This document shows, one piece after another, positions 12,097 to 24,617 of a stretch of 64,000 nt of DNA. Position numbers and translations under genes: made by a program. Below the pieces are notes generated by a model. That model ran no database searches, was not told the DNA's origin, and saw only the letters and a program-made list of their open reading frames with translations. The stretch lies in the NCBI RefSeq assembly GCF_006345805.1, contig NW_021836125.1, positions 183,315 through 247,314 on the forward strand, in the 5' to 3' direction. Within the stretch, counting starts at the first letter, position 1. Each line of letters starts with the position of its first letter. The DNA comes from Octopus sinensis. Its lineage: Eukaryota.

Positions 12097-15000
12097 ATGC
12101 AGGCCGAAATTGAAGATAACTTATTTGATTATCTCCATCGGATTTTTGCTTTCATATTTCCCGTAAATTTTTGCTGATTTACTTTTCAGAATTGATAATC
12201 ATGAACACCAAGAAATGATTTCGTATTTCAATCATCTTTATTTAATTCAAGCCCACAATTCTGATATAAAACCGAATATTTTTGCATTTATTTGTTTCAA
12301 AAACTTGAATATTATGAATCAAATATGTACTGTTTTGGCAAATCATGTTGATAAATGGGAACATTCGACGTACCACTGAATGGCGACGAAGCCAATAAAA
12401 TAATGATTTAACAGTTAATATAATGACGGAATTGTAATTAATTCAACCGATGAATTTGTCACAGATGTGTTGTATTTATAGTAAGTAACTACTATAAGTA
12501 TTTCAGTTTAATATTCAAGCTAAATTAGCTCACATTGCTGTCTTGCCCCTAAATATGAAATGATTTTTCGGACCATGTTAAAGTCTCAGTTTACTCAGAT
12601 TTTCTCTCTGGTTGTTATATTTAAAATTATTTTTTAGCACAACTCTCCAAAATTTCTCAGCATCAGTATTTTAAGGACATTGTGCAATATGTGTTCAAAG
12701 ACGATCTAGGAATTTTTACTTGATCAGTCATTTTGCTCCGTCGTTCTAATCATCTTCCCACCGAGTCCCAGGGGGTCATTTATTGATTAATTTTAGACTT
12801 TAATAGCCGAGTTATTGACCACAAAGTATTTTACATGCAAAAGCTGTTTCAAAGCCTTCCTATCGTTTTTGGTATCAAAGTGTGTCATTATTTAAGAATG
12901 GGCTGAAGCATGTAATATCAATTGTTGGCCGAGATCTCATCTCATCTGTTGTGTTCCCTGCAGTTTTAAGCATGCTAAAGAGAAGTTGGGTCGTTTTTTG
13001 TCCGAGTTTGTTTTATTTTGCTAATTCTGTTAGTTTTTAGTGTCGTTGGCGGAGGAATGGTGTACGATAAGGAATCCCTCATTTCTCTATCCACTCAATT
13101 TATTGGTTGGACATTTTATTTCAAACCTGTAGAAAACATGAAGAGTTATCCAACGAACAAGGAAATGTCAACTAGAGCCCTCACTGTGCTGTACTCGGCT
13201 GGATTTGACGACGAAACAGCCATGTCTCTTTTGACGATGCTGACTAAAAGTCATTTTGTTAAGTTGCTATAAACCAGGCCTGAAAAATTTGTCGGATGTC
13301 AGCAGCAAAGAAATGTTTTGCTCGCAATATCTTTATTGTCTAAATTAAGGACCCCGCGATTAAAATTATGTGCTCATGTGTTTGACACTTGACGATGCTG
13401 ACTAAAAGTCATTTTTGTTAAGTTGCTATAAACCAGGCCTGAAAAATTTGTCGGATGTCAGCAGCAAAGAAAATGTTTTGCTCGCAATATCTTTATTTTC
13501 TAAATTAAGGACCCCGACTATCAAATTATGTGCTCATGTGTTTGACACTCTTCTCCCTCTTCTCATGACTACAAGTAACTCATTACTTTTATATTGTCAG
13601 CTTCTCCACGTATTACTGCCGGGCTGATGGCAGTATTTACTAACTGGACTACAGTTCTTCCCCAAAATGTCAATACTTCTGGTCTAATTCCGACCTTAAT
13701 CTTCATTATTTGTAGTTTATAAATAGACTGATTGTTTAGCCAACACCAAGTTATTCAACTCTCCTGGTTTTTCATCTGTTTTTTTTGCGTCTGTCGTTGC
13801 ATTTATTGCGCAATGATGGTGGGTTTTTGTTCGAATATTATGGATAGTCTCGACAGAGAATTTACTTCTCGATGTGTTGAGTCTGTCCAGAGTTATATGG
13901 AGAAATGCACAACTGAAAAATGTCCTCAACAAAAATTACTTTCCTTGGCTTATTTGATTACGTATTTAATTGTAGTGACTGTATAGTACGATTGTGCCCA
14001 GTCCGGAACAAGTAAAGAGTTTAATTAAAAAATGTAATTTGTTTACTGACAGAGCTCTTGCGTGTTACAATTCTGAAGGTTTTTATTGCCTTGTTAAATC
14101 CAGATTTGACCATTGCTTATAAAATGGGATTGCTGTGGGCGGATTGGATAGTCTGGAGAGAGGTTGCTTGTATTTATTACTGGCATTGCTCGCTGTCGTT
14201 TTGTTATTTTGGTAATTTGTCACCGCTGGATAGAAGGTTGCTTGTTATTTATTACTGGCAGTTCTCGCTGTCGTTTTGTTGTTTTGTAATTTGTCACCGC
14301 CTTGTGAAGTCAGTAAACTTTGCGTTGAAATACCCGAATTTTGTGTTTCAGAACTGCTTAATCAGGCTGTCTTTTTATAGACAACGTGAAAGGCATTTCG
14401 GCATTGCTTTTTGTATTTTGAATTATTTAGACTTTATTGTCGTCCCATTGCATGTTGAAACCATCGCGAATGAGTTGATTTTTAAGATTATATTCTCCCA
14501 AATTAAGAAAGATGATTTCCTTCTTTCTCAAGACTGTGATTCTTTCGCTGACTTGTCCACTAATCTGTTCTTTTATATTTTTATTATTTAGATAATCCGG
14601 GCTTTTTATTGGCGAATTTCGATTTTTCTGTATTTTCAGTCGACGAATATCTCACTTTAATATCAAATAATATCAATTCGGAGGCTGTGGTGAACCTTTG
14701 CGACTTATTGTCGAGAATAAAAAATGTACGACTCGCTCTTTCTCCTGTCCTATTGGACCGTCTGTATTTTGTTAATGAAGAAATTATTGCGTCTACTGTG
14801 AGTCTGTCCGATTGTCAAGTGATGGATTCGGCCAAAGTCGGAGATTTGCACGACGTGGGAATGCTTGAAATGTTTGTGTATTTTTGATATTTTAGGTTTA
14901 ATGAAGTAAACAAGAAAATTTCTAAATCAAGAATTGACGAGGTTTGATAAATTTGTTACCCTTATGCTTAGGATACGTTCAAATGCAGTTTCATGGGAAT

Positions 15001-18000
15001 TTCCATTACGGAAACGCAATTGTTGAAAATTAAAGACAAATTGGCGGAAGAAGCAGAATTAGCCAACAAACTCCACTCAGTATTAAGCATGTATATTGGC
15101 GTAGATGGTTGATAGATCTTCGTGGTTTATTAAAATAATGGAAAAGGTGAATTCTTCTTACATAACGCCACAAAACTTTGTTTTTTTACTCAGACATTCT
15201 GACCGTCTTCTCAAGGACAACTTAATTTACGATGTCGGGATTAGCTGACTCATTCTCTGGTCAAATATGCATTCCCTGCTTTGTCGGATGCAGAGAGTTC
15301 GATTTGTGAGAATTAGATTATAGGAATTTATATCTCTGGAACAAAAATGGCCTTCAAAGACTCCCTCCTATTCACCAAACTGTTTTTGAAAAGAACGTGA
15401 CGGAATTACTACGAATAATTCGTTCAAAATCAACACTTTCCAATGAATTTGCCATTTTTCAGACGTGCTATTTGATTTTTCTGATCAAGTCTATAATTAC
15501 CTGGAAGATATACGATCGTTTTGTTACCACTTCAGTCATTTCATGCAATCATTTCGTGGTTCTACTTTTTGACTATCTTGAATTCATCGAATCAGTTTGT
15601 CTTGAGGAAGTGGTATTTTTTCTATTTTACTTCTCTAGTCCAATGTCCATCAGCTTGCTATTGTAGAAATAGTTGAATTAGCCGCCATGATTTTGAATGA
15701 TTTTTGCGATATGAACGATGAAGCAGCACGATTGCTAAGATTTGCGGCGTTTTTTTGTGAATTGAAAGAGAATTGTATTTCAGAAATAGATGAAATTAAC
15801 AAATTTTTACAAGCTGATAGTCTATATTTTAAACGTCTAGGATTTGAGGTTTTTGGTTACTTAATTTGAAATAGACTTTTCTAAAAATGCCCCTGTCAGT
15901 TAATGTTTCGGTACAAAAAGATAGAAGACTGGGGATTGAAATTTTTTGCTCTGTTATTACATCCTTGCATTGCAAAACTAATGAAAATATTTGAAATTTG
16001 GCACAAGAGTTTGAAAAATCAATTATGTTGTTTATAGAATACTTGATTTGGTTAATTTTGACGTTGATTGGGATGTTTTTGACCGCTTGTTAGAAATGGC
16101 ATTTTCAGAAAACCTACAAGTCCGAGAAACAGCTTCCCAGGCGTTGTGTTATGTGTTTCCAAAACTCCACGGTCGCCCCATAGATGTGATTTTGGAACAA
16201 ATAAAACAAATTTACCATCAGAATTTGCCTGTTTTCATATTATCGATAAATTATTGTTAGTATAAAGACCAAAGGAAGGGTCACATCAATGTAGTAGTTG
16301 TGGACAAATGGTGGATAAGACATGGCTCGGGTCTGGCTATGTTACACCTCAGCAGTTTTTATGGTGATTCTTGCCTCATAATGATCGATTTGCTTAAATT
16401 TATTCTTACCTTTGCTGTTGACGACTGCTGTTCGGACGTGGAGAGTCTTTTTTTCAACTTTGCAATTAATCTTACAGATAAACATGGGGGAGTTTGTCCC
16501 TTTATATTAATTTGGATAGAAACACGTCGAAGTTTTGTTGCCATTTCTCAAAGGACTTCTTAACTCGGAAGCCACTGAGCAACTTTATACAAAAAAGCAC
16601 GTTTTAATAACAATAATGGGATCCCTTGCACACCATTTGGATGCTAATGATCAAAGGATGTTGGAGATCCTGGAAAATCTTTTGGGAGTTTTATCAACGC
16701 CTTCTCAAATGGTTATTATGCTGATTTTAATGCGAATTATAGGTGCAAGAAAACATTGCTCGATGTTTGCCAACATTTATTAAGGCGATTAAGGATTCCG
16801 AGATCGCCTACATCGATCGAATGAGAAAAGGATTGACCGAATCTACTAAATATGCCGAGAGACGTGGATTTGCGTTTGGATTAGCTGGACTCTGTAAAGG
16901 AATTGGATTGTCCTCTATAAAGAAATACGATATTATAGCATTTCTTACTCAAAATTTCAACACAAAGGAAAATACCGGACGAGAAAGTCAATTTTTTGAT
17001 AAACATGTTATAGACGCCGCCTTTCTTTTTGAGGCACTGTTTATATTGATGGGAAGGACATTCGAGCCGTATACTGTTTTATTTCTTCCCAACCTTTTAA
17101 TTCTTATCGGTGATTCGGCCAATAATGTGAGAAAGGTGGTTTGTTTATTTGAAGGTGTTTAGGCCGCTTCGGATTGTTGTCGTGTTGTAATGGGAAATCT
17201 TAGTTCGCATGGAATGAAACAAATTCTGCCAAAACTATTGGAAGCATTATCAGACCGTTCGTGGAGAACAAGGAGTGGTGAGTGTGGTGTTTTGAGTGAT
17301 AGGTTCTATTGAAATTATTTCTACGATTGCGGATTCTTCATCCCCAGTTATGTCTCAAGCCCTCCCTCAAGTTATGCCCAAAATTCTCCAGACTCTGAAT
17401 GACATAACTTGTACGGTTAGAGAAAGTGCAGTGAGGACCCTCAATAAAATTGGATCCGTTATCAAAAATCCAGAAATTGCGAGTTTTTTCTCATTGGTAT
17501 ATTTTCAGAGGTTGTGGATGTTCTTATATCTGCCCTTTCCAATAATGAACTCATTCATAAAGCGTTGAACACCTTGTCACAAGTCAAGTTTGTTTATGCA
17601 ATCGACTCTCCCTCACTCTCAATCATTTTTCCTGTTATTCAATACGGCTTCCGTGATCCAGACCCAAAGAACAATTATTTGTCTGCCCTTATTTTCTCAC
17701 GACTTGCTTCATTGGCCAACGTTAAAGTCAGTTTTTATTATCCGACATTCTTAGGATCTTTGTGCCTATAGCGAGGAGGTACTGCCTAATTTGAAGGCCT
17801 GCTTTCACAGTATTAACAGTGAAGTTCGAATAATGACTGCCAAGGCATTCGCAACTGTTGCGCTGACTACCTCGAATATCGATGACACTCTGGAATGGTT
17901 GTACAATCTCATGACGAGAAAGGATACTGTATTTGACCGACAAGGGGGTGCCAGAGGTTAGTAATGAGAGTAGAAATAGTGTAAGGATACTACGAAATGA

Positions 18001-20980
18001 TTAAAGTGATGGGGGTAAATAAAGTGGTGAATGTGTTGGATGAACTAATGGAGGCTTTAGTTACAGGTGATGCTGACTTGTACAGGGTGGATGGCCTCCT
18101 GAGGGTTGCCATGTATATTGTTGTTGATTTCCCGAATGAACTGACTCCGCATATTCCACTGCTCGTGAGTTCTGTAGTTGAGGTTAATTTTTTTTTCTAT
18201 TTTCATTAGAAATTCAATCACGATAGTCTAAGAGAAACAGCTCTTCAGCTGTTAATGTGCATTTTTGGCCGACTTGGGGATTCTTCAGTCCATTTGGTTG
18301 TACCTCATATTCAAAAGTCATTGTTTCATGTTGATAAACTTGTACGTAAGTGGTCTGTCCATCTCATCGGACAACTGTTTTGTCAGCTAATTGGTTTCCC
18401 TGCTTGTATATTGTGTTAGGAGTGACTGTCTCGACTGACGAAGAGAGCATGGAGATAGTTCGCACAAGTGATGCCAACATTGCCGTTTATTAACCTTCTT
18501 TAACTTTTAGACTATTCGTACTATATTTGGTGATGATATGCTTGGTCGCGTTCTATCGATTCTATATATTAATCGATTTGATTCTTCCAATCACGTTTGC
18601 CAAGTCTCCGTTCGTGTGTGGAAAATTATTGCAACAAACAGCATGAAGACTGTTGCGATCATTTTGGGAGTTTTTTGTCGATTGGTTCTAGACGTTGTTT
18701 CCAATGATCAGTTTGCTCATGTTCATAATGTTTATTTCACATTTTCACATCTCGGTTTAGGCGGCTTTGTCGGCTCTGGCTGATATTTGCAGAAAATTCG
18801 GGTCGAGAAGATATGAAGAGATTATTGATAAATTATTATCAGAGAGTCTTTGTGAGAACACTCGATTACATGCTGCATTCCATGTGGCAATGGGATATAT
18901 TCTCTCTTCCTTAAATAGAGAACAGGCCGTGTTCATGGCGACTAAATACTCCGACTTTCTCATTTCTGGATTGAAGGATTCTGCGGAAGTAGTTCGACAA
19001 AGTGCTTTTGAGGCATTGCAAAAGTTTTACACTACTTCGGGCAACTTAGCTCTAGAAACTATTTTACCAAGACTTTCCCGATTTGCCGTTTTATTTGATT
19101 CAGATTAATTTTTAGTCAAAAGATAAACAAATCTGCAAAATACTTGGACTAGTCTGCCAGTTCAAACAATCTGTCTTTTCCCAGTTCATAATTCCTCTTG
19201 TATGTAATATTTTATATTATTTAGTTTTGCGACCAAACTCTAGATTTGGAAGGATTAGTCTGCCTGTCTTGGAATACGGTGATTTATTTGGGATCGGAAT
19301 ATCGACGAATAATGGAAAGGATTGTTTTTGATTTGTTAGAACGTGATGACATCCTCTTGGTGTTATATATTTGTTTAGTTTTAGGAAATTACTCGATATG
19401 AACATTTTCTGATTAATATCGGCGACAAAGAGAGTTGTGGGAATGTGATAAACTTCATTGTCGACAAGTTGGTCAATCAGACCACTACTCGACGACTTAT
19501 CGCAGCACAATTTTTCGGATTTGTGTGTCAGTGTGCTAATTTCGACTCTTCGCAATTTTCCATGCCAGTATTTCAAGCATTATTTGAGCTTCTTTGTGAT
19601 TCCGACGTTCAATTGCAACATGTCGCGTGGAATTCAATGGATTTGTTTATTAAGGCATGTTTCTCTCATTCATTCACAGAACATAGATCCCGATGTATTC
19701 AACCAGTCTTTCAAGAGTATTCGTGGTGTGGTGGACGGATTATTACTTAAGTGTCCTCAATCTGTCATTCACGGGTTTGGCCTCCCCGATAAGGGAATTC
19801 GATGTTTCGCTTCCATTTTCCGAAATGGGCTTTTCAGTGCAAAGTGCAGGAATAAAGAGGATTGCACTGCAGTTTTGCTTGCAATTTTGGTGAAATGTCC
19901 TCCTGGGGCACTTGATTCTTCCGCTATGTTTATAGTTGGGGCACTTATTCGAGCACTGATACACAATCAGTCTTTGCTAACTAAATTAAACTGTTTGTCT
20001 CTCATACGTGAGTTTATTTACCGGGCTGGCAAGTGCCTTTTGCCATTTGCTTCTCAATTCCGTGTTACGTTTTGTGCCACAATTCTCGATGTTAATTTGA
20101 AGGTGAGGGAACTGTCGGTTGAGTGCATTCGAGAAGCTGTGGTCTTTGATGGAAATCCCGGTGTTTATGCGGAGAGATTGGTGGGCGCTTATTTAGAGCA
20201 GACAAATAGTGGAATACGGTGTTTCCATTGGTTTATATTTTGTAGAGCTTCCATAATTGGTGGACTGTGTTGTGTTTTTGAATTTTCGAGTAAACCATTC
20301 TCATTTGATTCTCTGTCGTTCATTAGGGAGCATCTTCTTTCGTATGAAAATGACCCTAATCCTGTCACTTTACAACTGGCCGGAAAGTGTATGGGGTTGT
20401 CATTTTTCTTGATTTCTGATGTGGAGTTTGAGAGTGCGACGGGTCTTTACTTTTTGAGTATTGAAGAAATATTTTAATTTCTAGATTCTGAGTTCGGTGA
20501 GTTTCGTTTACATGCGTTCCAGTGGGCTTTGTATTCTAACATTGAAAGGATGAAACCGCTTATTCATCGAGTTGTTACTAAATTGAACAGTCTTTCTGTA
20601 ATTTCTGAGGTTTTTATTGCTTTTATAGTTTGTAGAAATGTGCTATCATCGTCTTGGAAATAATTTGTACTATAGTCAGAAATTACACTGATTCCGAAAT
20701 TCTCACGTTTGTTTTTTCGCTAGTTCGGAGAGTAATGGATTGTTAATGTTTATTTTAGAATCTTGAATCGACTTATTTGTTAATTAGAGAGAAGATGTTG
20801 GATGTGGTTCTTGATATGATTGAACGAATTCGTCTTTTAATCAACTGTGATGATATTCTGTCTCTTGCTGTTCGACTGGGGAATGATGAAAATGAGCGTG
20901 TTGCGTCTAAAGCAAGATTATTAGTGGCAACACTTTCTTCAGATAAAATAACATTTCAAAATGTTAATAATTCCATCTAG
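12097..20980 (+). CDS. GCN1: eIF2-alpha kinase activator GCN1 (HEAT repeats); dozens of micro-introns
   Basis: IMGSLAHHLD, LSTPSQMVQENIARCLP, ESTKYAERRGFAFGLAGLCKGIG, FEPYTVLFLPNLL, IGSVIKNPEI, FVYAIDSPSLSII, VWKIIATNSMKT, GFGLPDKGI and IVGALIR are collinear with human GCN1. Start ATG at 12097 is inferred. Confidence 0.92.
13231..13549 (+). repeat. ~158-bp tandem duplication inside GCN1
   Basis: TTGACGATGCTGACTAAAAGTC...GTGTTTGACACT occurs at 13231 and again at 13389, with small indel differences. Confidence 0.9.
14158..14300 (+). repeat. ~74-bp tandem duplication inside GCN1
   Basis: AGGTTGCTTG..TTTATTACTGGCA..CTCGCTGTCGTTTTGTT..TAATTTGTCACCGC occurs twice. Confidence 0.85.
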
Positions 20981-21174
20981 GATTTTCATTTTAATGAGTG
21001 CTATTTTGAATATAGTGTCTTTACTTAGTAATCTCGCTGGGAGAATTTATTAGTTTGTTGACTTTACTTAGTAGTTTGACCCTATACGTGAAAATGAATA
21101 GTGTCTTTAAATCTTAATAATAAAATGGTATGGTGTGTGTCTGTCTGTGTGTGCACACCAACTTCAAATTGGCA

Positions 21175-22650
21175 ATACGATGTCCTCGACTTACATGATG
21201 AGGTCCTTAAAACCTTCCCGCCAAAAAAAAATTGAAAAGAACTTTTCTGCATTTTGGTTAAAATGAACAACTACGATGTCCTCGACTTACATGATGAAGT
21301 CCTTAAAACCTTCCCCCAAAAAAAAATTAAAAAAAAATTTTCTGCATTTTGGTTAAAATGAACAACTACGATGTCCTCGACTTACATGATGAAGTCCTTA
21401 AAACCTTGCCCCCCAAAAAAAATTAAAAAAAAATTTTCTGCATTTTGGTTAAAATGAACAACTACGATGTCCTCGACTTACATGATGAAGTCCTTAAAAC
21501 CTTGCCCCCCAAAAAAAATTAAAAAAAAATTTTCTGCATTTTGGTTAAAATGAACAACTACGATGTCCTCGACTTACATGATGAAGTCCTTAAAACCTTG
21601 CCCCCCAAAAAAATTAAAAAAAATTTTCTGCATTTTGGTTAAAATGAACAACTACGATGTCCTCGACTTACATGATGAAGTCCTTAAAACCTTGCCCCCC
21701 AAAAAAATTAAAAAAAAATTTTCTGCATTTTGGTTAAAATGAACAACTACGATGTCCTCGACTTACATGATGAAGTCCTTAAAACCTTGCCCCCCAAAAA
21801 AAATTAAAAAAAAATTTTCTGCATTTTGGTTAAAATGAACAACTACGATGTCCTCGACTTACATGATGAAGTCCTTAAAACCTTGCCCCCCAAAAAAAAT
21901 TAAAAAAAATTTTCTGCATTTTGGTTAAAATGAACAACTACGATGTCCTCGACTTACATGATGAAGTCCTTAAAACCTTCCCCCCAAAAAAAAATTAAAA
22001 AAAATTTTCTGCATTTTGGTTAAAATGAACAACTACGATGTCCTCGACTTACATGATGAAGTCCTTAAAACCTTCCCCCCAAAAAAAAATTAAAAAAAAA
22101 TTTTCTGCATTTTGGTTCAAATGAACAACTACGATGTCCTCGACTTACATGATGAAGTCCTTAAAACCTTCCCCCCAAAAAAAAATTAAAAAAAAATTTT
22201 CTGCATTTTGGTTAAAATGAACAACTACGATGTCCTCGACTTACATGATGAAGTCCTTAAAACCTTCCCCCCAAAAAAAAATTAAAAAAAATTTTCTGCA
22301 TTTTGGTTAAAATGAACAACTACGATGTCCTCGACTTACATGATGAGGTCCTTAAAACCTTCCCCCAAAAAAAAATTAAAAAAAATTTTCTGCATTTTGG
22401 TTAAAATGAACAACTACGATGTCCTCGACTTACATGATGAAGTCCTTAAAACCTTCCCCCCCAAAAAAAATTAAAAAAAAATTTTCTGTATTTTGGTTAA
22501 AATGAACAACTACGATGTCCTCGACTTACATGATGAAGTCCTTAAAACCTTCCCGCCAAAAAATCAAAAAATTATTTTCTGCATTTGATTAAAATGAACA
22601 ACGTTAATGTCCTCGACATTCATGATGAGGTCCATTAAAACCTTCGAGGC
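21175..22650 (+). repeat. Tandem array: 15 near-identical units plus 1 diverged unit, period 94-96 bp
   Basis: Unit GATGTCCTCGACTTACATGATGAAGTCCTTAAAACCTT(C/G)CCCCC-An-TT-An-TTTTCTGCATTTTGGTTAAAATGAACAACTAC starts at about 21179, 21275, 21370 ... 22514. There are no unique spacers. Confidence 0.97.
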
Positions 22651-22855
22651 AAAAATCTCACGTATTAAGAATATCCTTGATGAAAACGACAGCAAGAATA
22701 TTAACAATGATGAACTTTCAATTATTCGCGATAAAGAAATTCAATTCATCCTATGATTTTCTCTTAAAAATTAAATGCATATATCATTATCGACCATGAA
22801 TCAAAATTAAAGCTATTATCATATTTGACTTTGACAGAATGTGCAATTACAGATT

Positions 22856-23060
22856 GCACGACCTTGAATAGAGTGTGCAATTAACAGATTTTGAAAAACC
22901 ACTTTGATAGTTGAAACCACATTAGCACAATCATTAACACAATTTACCACCAATTGACGCACGACCTTGAATAGAGTGTGCAATTAACAGATTTTGAAAA
23001 ACACTTTGATAGTTGAAACCACATTAGCACAATCATTAACAGAATTTACCACCAATTGAC
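22856..23060 (+). repeat. ~110-bp tandem duplication within the Helitron derivative
   Basis: GCACGACCTTGAATAGAGTGTGCAATTAACAGATTTTG...CCACCAATTGAC occurs twice; a single copy is at about 63650. Confidence 0.85.
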
Positions 23061-23582
23061 AGCGCAATCAGAAGAATTTGCGTAAAAATATTAACTATTT
23101 AGTTAAGTTTTTCGTAAAGATAGAATTTATTTTCGGATGCCTCTTTTCCTAAACTTTTTTATTATTCAAAAATAATTTTTTCAATAGATAACCGAAGGAG
23201 GGAAGACGAAGCTGAAGAAAAAACGGTCAGCTTAAGGTAATTAATTAAATCTTTTTTGTGCGTCGCTTTTTTGGCTGCTGCTACTCTGCCTGCCCAATCT
23301 CCGCCAGTGGTTTGTCTAATCAAGGTCACTAAGCTAAATCTCCGGACTATAAAGGCTCTTAAGCATTATCTTAATTGGCTGTTAAAAAAATTAGACAGGT
23401 TGTTGCCGTGGCGGCAGAGATTTTTTTTGTTTATACTATTTCACAAATTTTTAAAGTTTTTTTTTGTTTTTTTTTTATTTTTTTGTTTTTAAATTATTTA
23501 TTTTTATTTGTTTTTTTTATTTTTTTGTTATTTTCTAAAAATTCAACCGGATTGAATTTTTAAACTCCTTAGATCCCTTGGA

Positions 23583-23909
23583 ATGCCGAATCATTTTTTA
23601 AAGTTAAAGATAGGCGTTCCAGTGGTTTTATTACGAAATCTTGCGCCACCTAAATTATGCAACGGAACGAGGTTAGTTATCAAAAATTTGATGGATAACG
23701 TAATAGAGGCGACGATATTAACAGGTAAGTATAGAGGTGAGGATGTATATATTCCACGAATTCCGATAATTTCTGATGAATTACCATTTAGATTTAAAAG
23801 GCTGCAATTTCCTTTGAGGATGAGTTTTGCAATGACAATAAACAAGGCCCAGGGACAGTCATTAAAGGTAGTTGGGTTATTTTTAGAGAGTGAGTGCTTT
23901 TCACATTGA
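23583..23909 (+). pseudogene. Helitron PIF1-type helicase C-terminal fragment
   Basis: MPNHFLKLKIGVPVVLLRNLAPPKLCNGTRL...IPRIP...FKRLQFPLRMSFAMTINKAQGQSL...FSH*KLYV, with a stop in the HGQLYV motif. Confidence 0.92.
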
Positions 23910-24269
23910 AAGCTGTATGTGCCTCATAAACTTTTAAGTTTTTTTTCATTGACATAACTAGCTTTTCTAGGTATTTTTTTGGTGGTGGCTCCCATATTGG
24001 AAAGAATTTTGTTTCCAAATCTTTTAAATTTTTGGATGGATTTACTCTTCATCGTATCCAAACATGCTCTATTGAATTTGTCTTTTATATATTCAGTTAC
24101 TGTCCTTGAAAAATAGAAAGGGGTATTATCTTGCGAAAAAATTAAAAAGTTTAGCCCCATTTTCGACGTTTATTGTTTCAGATTATTTTTATGCACTTTC
24201 GCGATGTCATGGATCATGACAAAGCTTTTGCAGCGAAAGAAACAACAAGAGTTATTAGTTTGGTTCATT

Positions 24270-24420
24270 TCCCTCTATTCTTGGCGGTCTCCATGAAAGT
24301 AATCTAGATTCAAATTGTCCGTATCAGAAAGTCTCCATGTTCCGGAATTATAAAGGAGAATAGGTTTAACCAGAGAATTGTATAAGCGTATCCGTTTTTG
24401 TGTACTGAGTATTTTAAGAT
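24270..24420 (-). mobile_element. RTE-like LINE C-terminal remnant
   Basis: KRIRLYNSLVKPILLYNSGTWRLS; same family as 36400-37185. Confidence 0.65.
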
Positions 24421-24617
24421 TTAGCTAATTTTTCTTTTTTCTTTAAGCTGTGTAGTGCGCTGTTTTCATATTTTTAACCATTTTTTACAAAATAAAGTTA
24501 AAAAATTAACAAGTAGTTTAATTTATTTACTGTTTGATAAAAAAAATTTGTTTCGTTAAAAGAAACCTAACATATATTTCAAACCAATATTGAATTCTTG
24601 AATAATTCATTAGTCTA

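Larger units (their letters stand above)
21112..23925 (+). mobile_element. Non-autonomous Helitron derivative carrying a tandem array and a PIF1 helicase fragment (3' end not found)
   Basis: A|TC-type 5' end (TCTTAATAATAAAA) shared with the 60490 copy, a (GT)n tract, the array, a block shared with 63640-64000, then PIF1 2B/motif VI sequence. Confidence 0.75.

Noticed and set aside
21175-22650. CRISPR-like array
   Set aside because: The units are contiguous and near-identical, with no unique spacers and no cas genes, in a eukaryotic context. It is a tandem satellite.
23256-23563. ORFs with Phe-rich hydrophobic tails
   Set aside because: They arise from low-complexity T-rich sequence inside the Helitron derivative.
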